The translations under genes and the position numbers were made by a program. The notes under the pieces were generated by a model. That model was not told the origin of the DNA. It saw only the letters and a program-made list of their open reading frames with translations, and ran no database searches. A DNA stretch of 64,000 bases from the NCBI GenBank assembly GCA_965218425.1, contig OZ244621.1:3872001-3936000 (forward strand), read 5' to 3'. Positions 1 through 9,203 of this stretch are shown in pieces (within the stretch, counting starts at the first letter, position 1; the number at the start of each line of letters is the position of its first letter). This DNA is from an uncultured Candidatus Binatia bacterium. GTDB taxonomy: Bacteria; Desulfobacterota; Binatia; UBA9968; CAXXLF01.

Positions 1-307
1 CCAAAGGGATTGGGATTGACCACAACGCTGTGAAGCAGGCAATCATCACCGTTCCCAAACTCTATGTCTGGCACAATCCACCAAATCGTACGAGTGGAGG
101 GCACAACCGACAGGGTGAGTTAGAGACAACTCAAACACTATTTAACAAAAGCAAATCCGTATTGCCACGCTGGAAAGGTAGGAAAATGCGTTTAAGGGGG
201 AGCCGATAGGTTTGATCCTCTACGCCCCATTTGCTGGAGAGTCTCTTGCCCCTGACACCACAGGCGTGAGGCCACCAAAACAACCCGCTTTAGGAGCTCA
301 GACAGCA

Positions 308-877
308 ATGTTCGATGGTATGGTGCATTGGCCAGCAGAGTTCGCTCGGCGTTACCGCGCTGAGGGGAATTGCTCTGAGTCCACTCTGGGTGAAGCCTTT
401 GACCGGGCAGTGGAATCCTATGCCCATCGTGAGGCAGTGATGAATGGGCCCAAGCGGCTCACCTATGGAGATTTCCGGATGTTGGTAAACCGCTTCACCC
501 TGTACTTTCCCGAGCGAAGGACCACGTCCGGCAAAAGGGTCGTCTTCCAGCTTCTTAACGTTTGAGAGGTTATCGTTGCCTGCTTTGCTTGCCTCAAGGT
601 GGGGGCGGTCCCTTTAACTTGCCTACCGGCCCATCCCACCTGGCAAATCGAGTACCTAGCAAAATTCACCGAGGCGGCGGCCCGGCTCATACCGTCCGAG
701 TTCCGTAAGTTTAATTACATTGCCATGGCTGAGGAGCTTAGAGGACAGCTCCCCTCCCTCCGGGAAATCTTCGTAGGGGGTGAACACGCGGGGTCAGGCA
801 TGACTCTAATTTCTGATCGGCTTAGTGACTCCATTGCAGCGCTTAAAGCACTTTCTGGAAGAGAGGCGAATCGCTAG
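308..877 (+). pseudogene. Aryl-acid adenylating enzyme (EntE/DhbE-like AMP ligase), N-terminal remnant
   Basis: ORFs 212-565 and 599-877 are in the same frame, split by TGA at 563-565. Read-through gives WPAEFARRYRAEG...RVVFQLLNV*EVIVACFACLKVGAVPLTCLPAH, a typical DhbE N-terminus. It ends before the SGTTG AMP-binding motif. Confidence 0.75.
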
Positions 878-992
878 ATTCAAGTATCCACAACGGCTGG
901 AAGTGGTGGAGTGTTTTCCTACCTCTTCGGCACGGCGCAGATAACTTTAGTAGCTATTATGCGGAGTCACCTCAGTCGTGAGCCAATTTCGA

Positions 993-2078
993 CTAGCGCC
1001 CCATCACTGATCGTACGAACGGCACCATCTCTTTCTTCACTATAGCACGGTATTCCAGTCCATAGGTCTTGATGGCCCCAGGCACCGGGGCTCTCCAATA
1101 AGGCACATGGTCCCTCGGCACATCCATGCGAGCGCTAATGTACCCCGTGGCTCGGGCAAACTCGGTCTGGCCCTCTTTGGAAAGAAGCCAGTTTATATAG
1201 ACCTTCGCCGCATTGGGATGAGGGGCCCGGTTGAAAACTCCCACCTGACCCACGGCAGGATTAATGTCGGAGCCTTCTTTGAGTTTGCGCGGATCGGTAA
1301 TCATGACGGGAACTCCCTGCTTTTGTCGCGCCTCTGCTATGCTCTCAGATAGGCCGACTCCGACAGGTCTTTTACCGTTACCGACCATGTCAACTTCTTG
1401 ACCATAATTTTTCAATATGAGCAGATCCTGTTTTAACAACTGCCGAATGAAGTCTTTGCCCAGTTCGGGATGCAAATAAAAGAATCCAAAGGAGGCCGAA
1501 CCCGGCCCCGGCTTGAGCGGATCATCGACCACTATTTTACCCTTCCACTTGGGTTTCAAAAGATCTTTGTAGGACGTAAAATCCGATTCGCTCACGAGTT
1601 TCGGGTTAATGAACAACTGGCCCCGCGTGTACGGAGACATGACCATGGCGGTCCGTTGAGGGTCGAGGAACTCGAATTCCCCACCGCGCCAGTTCTTCAG
1701 ATTCTTCACTTCCGGCAGGATCATGAACGACTCCAGGGGGTCCAAGACTTTCATCGGGACAATGAGGGCCTCCAAGCCGCCTGCGACAACAAGATCCCAT
1801 CCATACTTGCCCGCGCCACGCTCGGCGGCTATTTTGGGTGGGAAAGTGGTTACCCGCCCGCCCAAAAATTCTACGGTAATCCCGAACTTCTTCTCGAACG
1901 GCCGCACGAGAGCATCTCGCCGAACCGTGCCTGTGGGTCCAAACATCGAAACCTTACCCTCTTTTTTAGCCGCTTTGACTGTTCGATCCCAGTCTTCCTG
2001 CCACCCACCCCACACGCTAACTGAAGTAAAAAGTGCGGCAACGTAAACAATAACGCCAATGCAAAGTATGCGCCTCAT
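993..2078 (-). CDS. ABC transporter substrate-binding protein (Fe3+/AfuA-like family)
   Basis: Signal peptide, WDRTVKAAKKEGKV, DLLKPKWKGKI, APHPNAAKVYINWLLSKEGQ. Confidence 0.85.
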   Translation of the reverse strand: MRRILCIGVIVYVAALFTSVSVWGGWQEDWDRTVKAAKKEGKVSMFGPTGTVRRDALVRPFEKKFGITVEFLGGRVTTFPPKIAAERGAGKYGWDLVVAGGLEALIVPMKVLDPLESFMILPEVKNLKNWRGGEFEFLDPQRTAMVMSPYTRGQLFINPKLVSESDFTSYKDLLKPKWKGKIVVDDPLKPGPGSASFGFFYLHPELGKDFIRQLLKQDLLILKNYGQEVDMVGNGKRPVGVGLSESIAEARQKQGVPVMITDPRKLKEGSDINPAVGQVGVFNRAPHPNAAKVYINWLLSKEGQTEFARATGYISARMDVPRDHVPYWRAPVPGAIKTYGLEYRAIVKKEMVPFVRSVMGR

Positions 2079-2218
2079 AGGCCCTCCTCTGGAACGAAAA
2101 TTTGAAGCACCTTATATCGACTGCCGTTGAATTTGTCAATGGTTAAGGATCGTGGCTGGATGTTCCGTCCCGCTTGACGGATTTGAGCTAAAAACTGATC
2201 GAGGGTACTTGAAAGCAC

Positions 2219-2253
2219 TGGAGCCACTCGCCGGACTCGAACCGGCGACCTAC
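2219..2253 (-). tRNA. 3' fragment of a tRNA (probably Thr); T-arm, acceptor 3' strand and CCA only
   Basis: Minus strand reads GTAGGTC-GCCGG-TTCGAGT-CCGGC-GAGTGGC-T-CCA: perfect T stem-loop and CCA end. Anticodon arm and 5' half are absent. Thr is inferred from the implied GCC... acceptor stem. Confidence 0.75.
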
Positions 2254-2484
2254 ACCCCAAAAATGAACGCTCATGTGGAGAGGTTTAACCGTACGCTTCG
2301 GGGAGAGTTTCCGGATTATCATGAGGAACTGCTCATAGAGCCAGTAGCCTTTAACCGGAAGCTGATCCAATGGCTGTTGCGGTATAATGGCGAGGAGCTC
2401 CATTGGGGGCTCAACCTTAAGTTGCCCGTACAATATTTAATGGAGCGAAGACCCGAAGAGTGCAAAATGTGGCGGCCCGATACA
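2254..2484 (+). mobile_element. IS481-like transposase C-terminal remnant with right end
   Basis: TPKMNAHVERFNRTLRGEF...WLLRYNGEELHWGL is an integrase-core C-terminus; ends ...GGCCCGATACA (TGTA-type terminus). Confidence 0.65.
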
Positions 2485-2573
2485 GCGCCTTGACTACTCA
2501 ACCCCAACAGAAATAAGGTAGGCCCTGGTTTGCCTCAGGACTTGTGCTGCCCAAGAAGGGCCGAGGAGGATTT

Positions 2574-4004
2574 ATGCCCTGGCAAGACTTTCGGGAGTTC
2601 TTCGCGGAGCTCGAAAGGCGGGGAGACACTCGGGTGGTGGAAGGGGCCGATGCCGATTTGGAAATCGGCACCCTCACGGAACTCATGTGCGAGCGCAAAG
2701 GCCCCATGCTCCTCTTCGACCACATCAAGGGATACCCTCCAGGCTCCCGGATAGCGACCAAACCCTACTCTACACCAGCCAGAACCGCACTCGCCCTTGG
2801 GCTTCCTGAACAGACAACCCCATTCGAGATGTTCAAAATCTGGCGCGAGAGGTTTAGAAATTACAAGTCTATCAAGCCCGTGGAAACTTCTTCGAGCGTC
2901 TGGATGGAAAACGCTCAGGAAGGGAACGCCGTAGACCTCACAAAATTTCCCGCTCCCAGATGGCACGAGCGGGACGGAGGGGCTTATTTCGGCACCGGAT
3001 GCACAGTCATCACCCGGGACCCGGATGAGCAATGGGTCAATCTCGGGACCTACCGATGCATGTTGCATGATAATACGACCCTGGGTTTATCCATCGGGCC
3101 CTACCATCACGGAAATCTACAAATAAAGAAATTGTGGGCACGCGGTAAGAGCTGTCCCATTGCGGTAGCCGTTACCGTTGAACCGTATCTTTTTTCTGCT
3201 TCGACCTCTGATGCGGCTTGGGGTACGCCCGAGTATGAGTGGGCAGGTTTTGTTAAAGGCGAACCGATCGAGATTGTTTCCGGTCCGAGAACCGGCCTGC
3301 CGCTGCCGGCCCGAGCCGAGTTGATCGTTGAAGGAGAAGTCCCCCCTACGAGCGAGGAAACCAGAAAAGAGGGACCTTTCGGCGAATTCACGGGCTACTA
3401 TGCGGGCGGCGAGAAAATGGAACCTGTGATTAGAGTGAAATCCGTGTATCACCGAACCCATCCCATTCTCCACGGAGAACCTCCCCTCAAACCGCCTGTT
3501 GAGACACTGGTTTGCCCTCCATCGGGCAGCAGCACATTGCGGGTATGGGAAGGCTTGGAGAAATCAGGGGTTCCCGGAGTGAAAGGAGTGTTTAATCTCA
3601 GCATGGGGGGAGGCCTGGTAACTGTTGTCGCAATAAGCCAGCAGTACTCAGGACACGCGCAGCAAGTTGGACGCATCGCTTCCGGTCTCATGCATACAAT
3701 CTGCCGTCTCATGGTCGTGGTGGATGATGATATCGATCCATCGAACGCGGAGGAGGTTCTGTGGGCAATCGCCACGAGGTGCGACCCGGAAACCTCCCTT
3801 GAGGTCCAACGCGAGTGTCCATCGAGCCCGTTGGATCCAATCATTCCCCCGGAAAGAAAAAAGCAGCGCGACTATAGAAGCAGCCGGATCCTGGTCGTCG
3901 CCTGTCGACCCTGGAAGTGGCGAGACGAATTTCCAATGGTCAACAAGGGGAGCGAAGAGCTTCGGCAGAGCATGTATAAAAAATGGCATCGGCTGTTTTC
4001 GTGA
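2574..4004 (+). CDS. UbiD-family (prFMN-dependent) decarboxylase
   Basis: PMLLFDHIKGY, FPAPRWHERDGGAY, NLGTYR, EGPFGEFTGYY, VVDDDIDPSN...WAIATR; RBS GAGGAGG before ATG 2574. Confidence 0.9.
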   Translation: MPWQDFREFFAELERRGDTRVVEGADADLEIGTLTELMCERKGPMLLFDHIKGYPPGSRIATKPYSTPARTALALGLPEQTTPFEMFKIWRERFRNYKSIKPVETSSSVWMENAQEGNAVDLTKFPAPRWHERDGGAYFGTGCTVITRDPDEQWVNLGTYRCMLHDNTTLGLSIGPYHHGNLQIKKLWARGKSCPIAVAVTVEPYLFSASTSDAAWGTPEYEWAGFVKGEPIEIVSGPRTGLPLPARAELIVEGEVPPTSEETRKEGPFGEFTGYYAGGEKMEPVIRVKSVYHRTHPILHGEPPLKPPVETLVCPPSGSSTLRVWEGLEKSGVPGVKGVFNLSMGGGLVTVVAISQQYSGHAQQVGRIASGLMHTICRLMVVVDDDIDPSNAEEVLWAIATRCDPETSLEVQRECPSSPLDPIIPPERKKQRDYRSSRILVVACRPWKWRDEFPMVNKGSEELRQSMYKKWHRLFS

Positions 4005-4027
4005 CGGAATGAAAGGGGGATCTATCT

Positions 4028-5182
4028 ATGGTGACCCTGCGGGTTTCTCTATTGATCGTTATTGGCTGGGCTCTGTTGCCTGTTACGGAGTTTCATGTTT
4101 TTGCCGCTTCATTTCCTGAATCAACCATGGCGTTACTCAAAAGGTTGAATATAGAGACGTCCGAGTTAGCCGACATCGACCGGGAGCTTCGGATTCCAAA
4201 TGACTGGCTCAAAATGGCCGAACGGGAAGGAAAGTTAAAGATCCGCGGCACCCCTTTCACGCCGGGTCAAACGCGAATCTTTTTAGGACCCTTCAGGGAA
4301 CGCTACCCATTCCTGGATGTCGACTATTCCGGTGGAAACCAAGCGAATCGCTCGATTAAAACGTTGATGGCTTACCGGGCCGGCAGGATCCTCGGCGATT
4401 CCTTGTTAAGCGCGGGTGGTTATATTCTAGACTATAAGCACGCCAATGCTTTGGAGGATTTACGCAACATCCCCGCATGGACGCACGCACCACCGGCAGC
4501 GAAAGAGGATCCAGACGGCCAGTTTCTGGGTAAGAGCGTTAGCTACTGGTGTATGTCGTACAATACGGGGCTCATCAAAGAAAAGGATATCCCCGGAAAA
4601 TGGGAAGATCTAGTGACCAACCCCATCTGGCGCAATGGGAACCTGGCCCTGGCCAATCGTCCCCAACTTTGGGTCTTGAATCTCTGGGTTGCTAAAGGGG
4701 AAGCTTGGGCGAAGAAGTTTCTCACCCGGCTGTTTAACGAAGTCAAACCTCAGTTGCGTAAGGAAGGCCTGAATATCATGCCGGAACTCGCTTCCGTCGG
4801 CGAGTTTCATGCGGCAATACCGTCCTCACCGGCTCGCACGTCCCGGTTAGTCGATGCCGGTGCCCCGGTAGGATTTACATGCCCGGAACCCGTACCCGCT
4901 AACACAGCGACTGTGGTGATCCTCAAGGGGGCTCCGAATCTCTATGCGGCAAGGATTTTTGTAAACTGGCTCTCAAGCAAAGAAGGGCAAATCGCTCAGT
5001 ATGCTTCAAAGCGCTTTGTGCCCATTCATAAGGAACTGCAGCAACGCACTTTTATTCCCTTTAGCGACCAAATCATCGGCAGAAAGGTAGCCTACAGCAC
5101 TCCAGCGCTGCGGGTAACGGTTCTCCCAAAGGTGTACAAATTTTGGAATAACCTATGGCTACGAGGACCAAGAAACAGGTAA
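4028..5182 (+). CDS. ABC transporter substrate-binding protein
   Basis: Signal peptide; AEREGKL, YNTGLI..WEDLVTNPIW, APNLYAARIFVNWLSSKEGQ. Confidence 0.8.
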   Translation: MVTLRVSLLIVIGWALLPVTEFHVFAASFPESTMALLKRLNIETSELADIDRELRIPNDWLKMAEREGKLKIRGTPFTPGQTRIFLGPFRERYPFLDVDYSGGNQANRSIKTLMAYRAGRILGDSLLSAGGYILDYKHANALEDLRNIPAWTHAPPAAKEDPDGQFLGKSVSYWCMSYNTGLIKEKDIPGKWEDLVTNPIWRNGNLALANRPQLWVLNLWVAKGEAWAKKFLTRLFNEVKPQLRKEGLNIMPELASVGEFHAAIPSSPARTSRLVDAGAPVGFTCPEPVPANTATVVILKGAPNLYAARIFVNWLSSKEGQIAQYASKRFVPIHKELQQRTFIPFSDQIIGRKVAYSTPALRVTVLPKVYKFWNNLWLRGPRNR

Positions 5183-5282
5183 TACCGTATCCGGTTTTTT
5201 GATTTTTTATTGGACTAACCGGTCAAAGCTAACAGCTCTCTTCAAACGGAGGTTACGAATGTAGCTTTCTCCTTTGCCTAGG

Positions 5283-5460
5283 ATGAGATTCTCCCGGTCG
5301 TTTACAGTCTTGTTTTTATTCTCATCTTATTAATCGGCCGGCCCGCCACTGCGGATTGGAAGGCGGAGTGGGAACGGACGGTGAAAGCCGCTAAGAAAGA
5401 AGGGCAAGTTACTATATACACAGGGGGCTACGAGAGAGTCTTTGCAGAATTCCAATATAA
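5283..5460 (+). pseudogene. N-terminal fragment of another ABC substrate-binding protein
   Basis: From 5351: ADWKAEWERTVKAAKKEGQVTIYTGGYERVFAEFQ, the same motif as 993-2078. ATG 5283 is out of frame with it and similarity stops near 5460. Confidence 0.7.
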
Positions 5461-5800
5461 AAAGAGCCGTTCCCTTGCTCCAATCAAGGACCCGTTCTTA
5501 CTCCCAATAGAAATGACTAATCGGTAAGAAAGGAGCCGAAGGACAGGAGTGATTAAAGTTTCATCTTCCTTTCTTGGGTCCCTTTTGCCCTCTGCGCTTT
5601 ACCGTGCAGGATTGATCGTCTGCGATAATCGGCGTAAATCTGCGGCTTGCATTTCTTCTGCGAACTTGGCGTCTTTGCGCGAGACTTCTTTTTTTCCTTT
5701 AGCGCCATGCCCTTTGCAGGGCTTCCGACTTCCGACCGCTGATCTCCGGCCTCCGCGCTTGGTTACTCCCGCACGCCCCCATAGAGCTTTGTATGATCGA

Positions 5801-5829
5801 TTGACAATTGAGTCGTCATTTGACATGAT
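5801..5829 (+). promoter_or_regulatory. Possible sigma70 promoter for the AAA+ gene
   Basis: TTGACA (5801-5806), 17-nt spacer, CATGAT. Confidence 0.3.
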
Positions 5830-5831
5830 AA

Positions 5832-7007
5832 ATGACGATGGACTCCTCACGGACCCCAACCCCTTCAGATACAAAGGTTATAGAGCGCTTGCTCGATTTG
5901 CGAGGTCTGCTTAAGAAGAAATCCTTTTTCCTTTTTGGGCCGAGGCAGACGGGTAAGACCTTCTGGGTCCGGCAGTCCCTCGGAGAGATCAAAAGGTACG
6001 ATCTGCTCGATACATCGGTTTATCTGGATTTAAGCCGCAATCCTGCCCGTATCGCCCAGGAGCTCTCCTCAAAGGATCGTTTGGTCGTCATTGACGAAAT
6101 CCAGCGCCTGCCAATTCTCTTGAACGAGGTGCATCGGCTTATCGAGGAGAAGGGGGTTCGGTTCCTCCTGACGGGCTCCAGCGCCCGTAGCCTTCGTCGG
6201 GGCGGGGTAAATCTTCTTGGAGGCCGGGCACGAACGCAATATCTGCATCCCCTCGTCCGCCAAGAGTTGGGGCCGTTGTTCGATCTCGGACGAGGCATTG
6301 AAAGAGGCTTGCTCCCGTCGATCTATTTTTCTGATGATCCGCGCGCCGACCTGCAAGCCTACACCGGATCCTATCTACAACAGGAAATTGTTGCCGAAGG
6401 GGTGACTCGCAACGTCCCTGCCTTTAGCCGGTTTCTTAGAGTTGCGGCGCTCTGCAACGGCACAGTCGTTAATTTTACCAACGTCGGCAACGACGCCCAG
6501 GTGGCCCGCACCACTGTGTACGAGTATTTCGAGATCCTGAAAGACACGTTGATTCTCTACGAGTTCCCCGCCTGGAAAAAATCAAGAAAAAGAAAGCCAC
6601 TGGTCTCGTCCAAATATTACTTCTTTGACGTGGGTGTAGTCTCGGCGCTCCAGGGTCGGGAATTTCGACCCGGCACCCCTGAATTCGGCGAAGCCTTTGA
6701 AACCTATGTGATGCATGAGCTCACGAGTTACCGCGACTACATGTCGGGAGAGCCTCTGTCTCATTGGCGGTCGGCCTCAGGTTTTGAGGTGGACTTCATT
6801 ATTTCTGACCACACGGCGGTCGAAGTGAAGGCTAAAGAAAACGTCTCATCCCAGGACCTGAAACCCTTATACGCACTCGCCGAGGAAAAGAAAATGAAAC
6901 GATACCTCTGCGTGAGCCTGGAACGCCGGCGCCGCAAGCTCGATGGGGTCGCGGTACTGCCGTGGGAAGAGTTTTTGGACGAGCTATGGAACGGTCAATA
7001 TACCTAG
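5832..7007 (+). CDS. AAA+ ATPase, AAA_14/DUF4143 type, with C-terminal nuclease-like motif
   Basis: Walker A GPRQTGKT, Walker B VVIDEIQ, LTGSS, KYYFFDVG, EVDFII..AVEVK. Confidence 0.85.
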   Translation: MTMDSSRTPTPSDTKVIERLLDLRGLLKKKSFFLFGPRQTGKTFWVRQSLGEIKRYDLLDTSVYLDLSRNPARIAQELSSKDRLVVIDEIQRLPILLNEVHRLIEEKGVRFLLTGSSARSLRRGGVNLLGGRARTQYLHPLVRQELGPLFDLGRGIERGLLPSIYFSDDPRADLQAYTGSYLQQEIVAEGVTRNVPAFSRFLRVAALCNGTVVNFTNVGNDAQVARTTVYEYFEILKDTLILYEFPAWKKSRKRKPLVSSKYYFFDVGVVSALQGREFRPGTPEFGEAFETYVMHELTSYRDYMSGEPLSHWRSASGFEVDFIISDHTAVEVKAKENVSSQDLKPLYALAEEKKMKRYLCVSLERRRRKLDGVAVLPWEEFLDELWNGQYT

Positions 7008-7171
7008 GCCCTTTCCTGCGTCTTTTGCGCTTTGCTGTCTGCCGGTATGCGTAAATCTGTAGTTAAATTTCTTTGTTGGGGCTACAAAGATAGTCAAGAT
7101 ATAGAAGTCTGAGGTAGCCCAGGTTTGACGGACACCTAAAAAGGGGACAAGATCCCCGCAGGAGGTGTTCG

Positions 7172-7462
7172 ATGGGCAAGCGAAGGCGTTTCACCCAAGA
7201 GTTTAAGTTGGAAGCTGTTCGACTGCTGGAGGCGGGCGCTCGGCCAGCAGCGGAGATTGCACGGGAACTGGGAGTACCTCGCAATCGACTGTACAAGTGG
7301 CAGGAGCAAGTGACGAGGAAAGGGGCGGCTGCGTTTCCCGGCACAGGTCGAGGTAGAGACAACGATGAGGTAGCACGGTTAAGGCGAGAGCTGGAGCGGG
7401 TAACGCAACAACGAGATATATTAAAAAAGGCCGCAGCGTACTTTGCCAAGGAGCTCAAGTAA
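7172..7462 (+). CDS. IS3 transposase OrfA (HTH)
   Basis: RRRFTQEFKLEAVRL...IARELGV...ILKKAAAYFAKE. Confidence 0.9.
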   Translation: MGKRRRFTQEFKLEAVRLLEAGARPAAEIARELGVPRNRLYKWQEQVTRKGAAAFPGTGRGRDNDEVARLRRELERVTQQRDILKKAAAYFAKELK

Positions 7463-8322
7463 AGTACGCGTTTATACGAGCTCACAGGACAGAGTTTAGG
7501 GTAGTGAGGATGTGCGAGGTATTAGAGGTCAGTCGTAGTGGGTACTACGACTGGAGCGGTCGAGGGGAGTCTCGGCGTAGAGCACAGGATAAGGTTGTGA
7601 TCAAAGAGATCCGCAAGGTGCACGAGAGCTACAAGGAAGCGTACGGGGCAGTCAAGACATGGCTGACGCTGAAGGAGGCGGGGGTGACATGTGGGAAGCA
7701 TGGGGTGGCGAGGCTGAGGAGTTTAGTGGGGATAGAGACGCGTCGGGTGCAAAGGTTTCGATTGGCCTACAAGGCTCGTCACAGTGCGCCACCGGCACCG
7801 AACTTGTTGCGTCAACGCTTCGAAGCGTCAGGCCCCGACCAGGTATGGATGGCCGATATTACCTTCATTGGTACCCGATCTGGGTGGTTATACCTGGCGG
7901 TAGTGGTGGACCTTTACTCTCGGCTGGTGGTGGGATGGTCAATGAAGCAACGTCCCACACAGGAGTTGGTCAGTGAAGCTTTACTGATGGCTATCGAACA
8001 GCGCCAGCCTATGGCGGGGCTGATTCACCATAGCGACCAAGGAATCCAATACGCTAGCAATCACTACGTTGAGTTGCTCAAACGCCATGGGGTGGTGCGC
8101 AGCATGAGCCGCAAAGGGAATTGCTACGACAATGCAGTGGTCGAGAGTTTGTTCAGCTCACTAAAGAATGAACTTGTACACCATCAGGATTATAAGACGA
8201 GGCAGGACGCTAGGTCGGATATCTTCGACTACATTGAACTGTTTTATAACCGAAGAAGAAAGCATGAGTCGTTGGGATACCACACCCCAATGGCATATGA
8301 CTCGATCAAACGTGTGGCTTAA
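7459..8322 (+). CDS. IS3 transposase OrfB (DDE), probably via -1 frameshift
   Basis: VSRSGYY, WMADITFI, HHSDQGIQY, NCYDNAVVES: DDE triad present. Confidence 0.9.
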   Translation, partial: VKYAFIRAHRTEFRVVRMCEVLEVSRSGYYDWSGRGESRRRAQDKVVIKEIRKVHESYKEAYGAVKTWLTLKEAGVTCGKHGVARLRSLVGIETRRVQRFRLAYKARHSAPPAPNLLRQRFEASGPDQVWMADITFIGTRSGWLYLAVVVDLYSRLVVGWSMKQRPTQELVSEALLMAIEQRQPMAGLIHHSDQGIQYASNHYVELLKRHGVVRSMSRKGNCYDNAVVESLFSSLKNELVHHQDYKTRQDARSDIFDYIELFYNRRRKHESLGYHTPMAYDSIKRVA

Positions 8323-8355
8323 TTAACTGTCCGTGAAACCCGGGTCGCTTCAGTC

Positions 8356-8385
8356 TGACCCCAAAGATGACCCCAAAGACAAAGA
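8356..8385 (+). repeat. Short tandem repeat (TGACCCCAAAGA)x2 plus partial copy
   Basis: TGACCCCAAAGA TGACCCCAAAGA CAAAGA seen directly. Confidence 0.7.
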
Positions 8386-8807
8386 TGGGATGACGGCATG
8401 TTGCTGCCTGCCGCTCTCCGCCTCCTGCTCTGCTCACTGCCTATACTGTCTTCCTCTTTTTTATAGCCGGCACCTGCACATTGCCTGGTCTTTGAATTAG
8501 TCTGTAGTCCGCGCTGTGCTCTTTGGTTGTCCCGTAGTCCTGTCGTCAGTAGTCCGTCGTCCCATCTTAACGCTATGCGCTTTGCCCTTCAAATGCCCGT
8601 ATTGATCCCAAGTGCCCGAAGAGTAGGACTTTAGGTAGTTAAGTTCGTTATAAAAACAGGAGGGCGCAGACGGTGAATCAAGAGCACGACCCACAAATAC
8701 GATTCACACCACGCGCAATGACCTTTTCTTTTGCCGGCGGGATGCTATCCACTAACGTTTGCACAGGACTACACCGTGTTTGTCAGATGAAGTCTTAGTA
8801 CATCCAC

Positions 8808-9065
8808 TTATCCCCCTCGCGCTTCATTTGTACCCCATGGCATGCCCGGCCTACCGCCCCGTAACTCTTTAATCCAAACTCCCTTGCTATTTCCCCCGAT
8901 GTCATATCGCTCAGCCTCTTCATCAAGTACTTTCCTCTTCTCGTTCTCCTCTCCCCTTCGGCTCCTTACCGGCTCCGCCCTCGGCCGTGCCCGGACCCGC
9001 TCGTACCGCGGATGCTCCGAACTTATAGATCGCCCGCCCTTCATGACCCTATCCCGAAACCCGAG
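8808..9065 (-). pseudogene. Degenerate C-terminus of a REP-associated/Y1 tyrosine transposase (DnaA-C-like HTH)
   Basis: Two frames join as GFRDRVMKGGRSISSEHPRYER...RRGEENEKRKV / YLMKRLSDMTSGEIAREFGLKSYGAVGRACHGVQMK, resembling RAYT C-terminal HTH tails. Confidence 0.5.
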
Positions 9066-9203
9066 CCAGGGGATATCACATTCGAGCTTATCAAGCTAAG
9101 GTGGAAGATCGGGATGATTTCCCCCCATATTGACGATCTACCACAGGCCAACAAGGAAGCAACCGGCTCACTCCAACCCCAGTCTCTCGACCCTAAACCT
9201 TTT

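Larger units (their letters stand above)
7110..8352 (+). mobile_element. IS3-family insertion sequence, apparently complete
   Basis: Left end TGAGGTAGCCCAGGTTTGACGGACA and right end TGTCCGTGAAACCCGGGTCGCTTCA are imperfect IRs; 3-bp TSD GTC (7107-7109 and 8353-8355); AAAAAAG slippery site 7423-7429. Confidence 0.92.

Noticed and set aside
1..140. Possible IS terminus at the window start
   Set aside because: Too little sequence; no partner IR or transposase motif.
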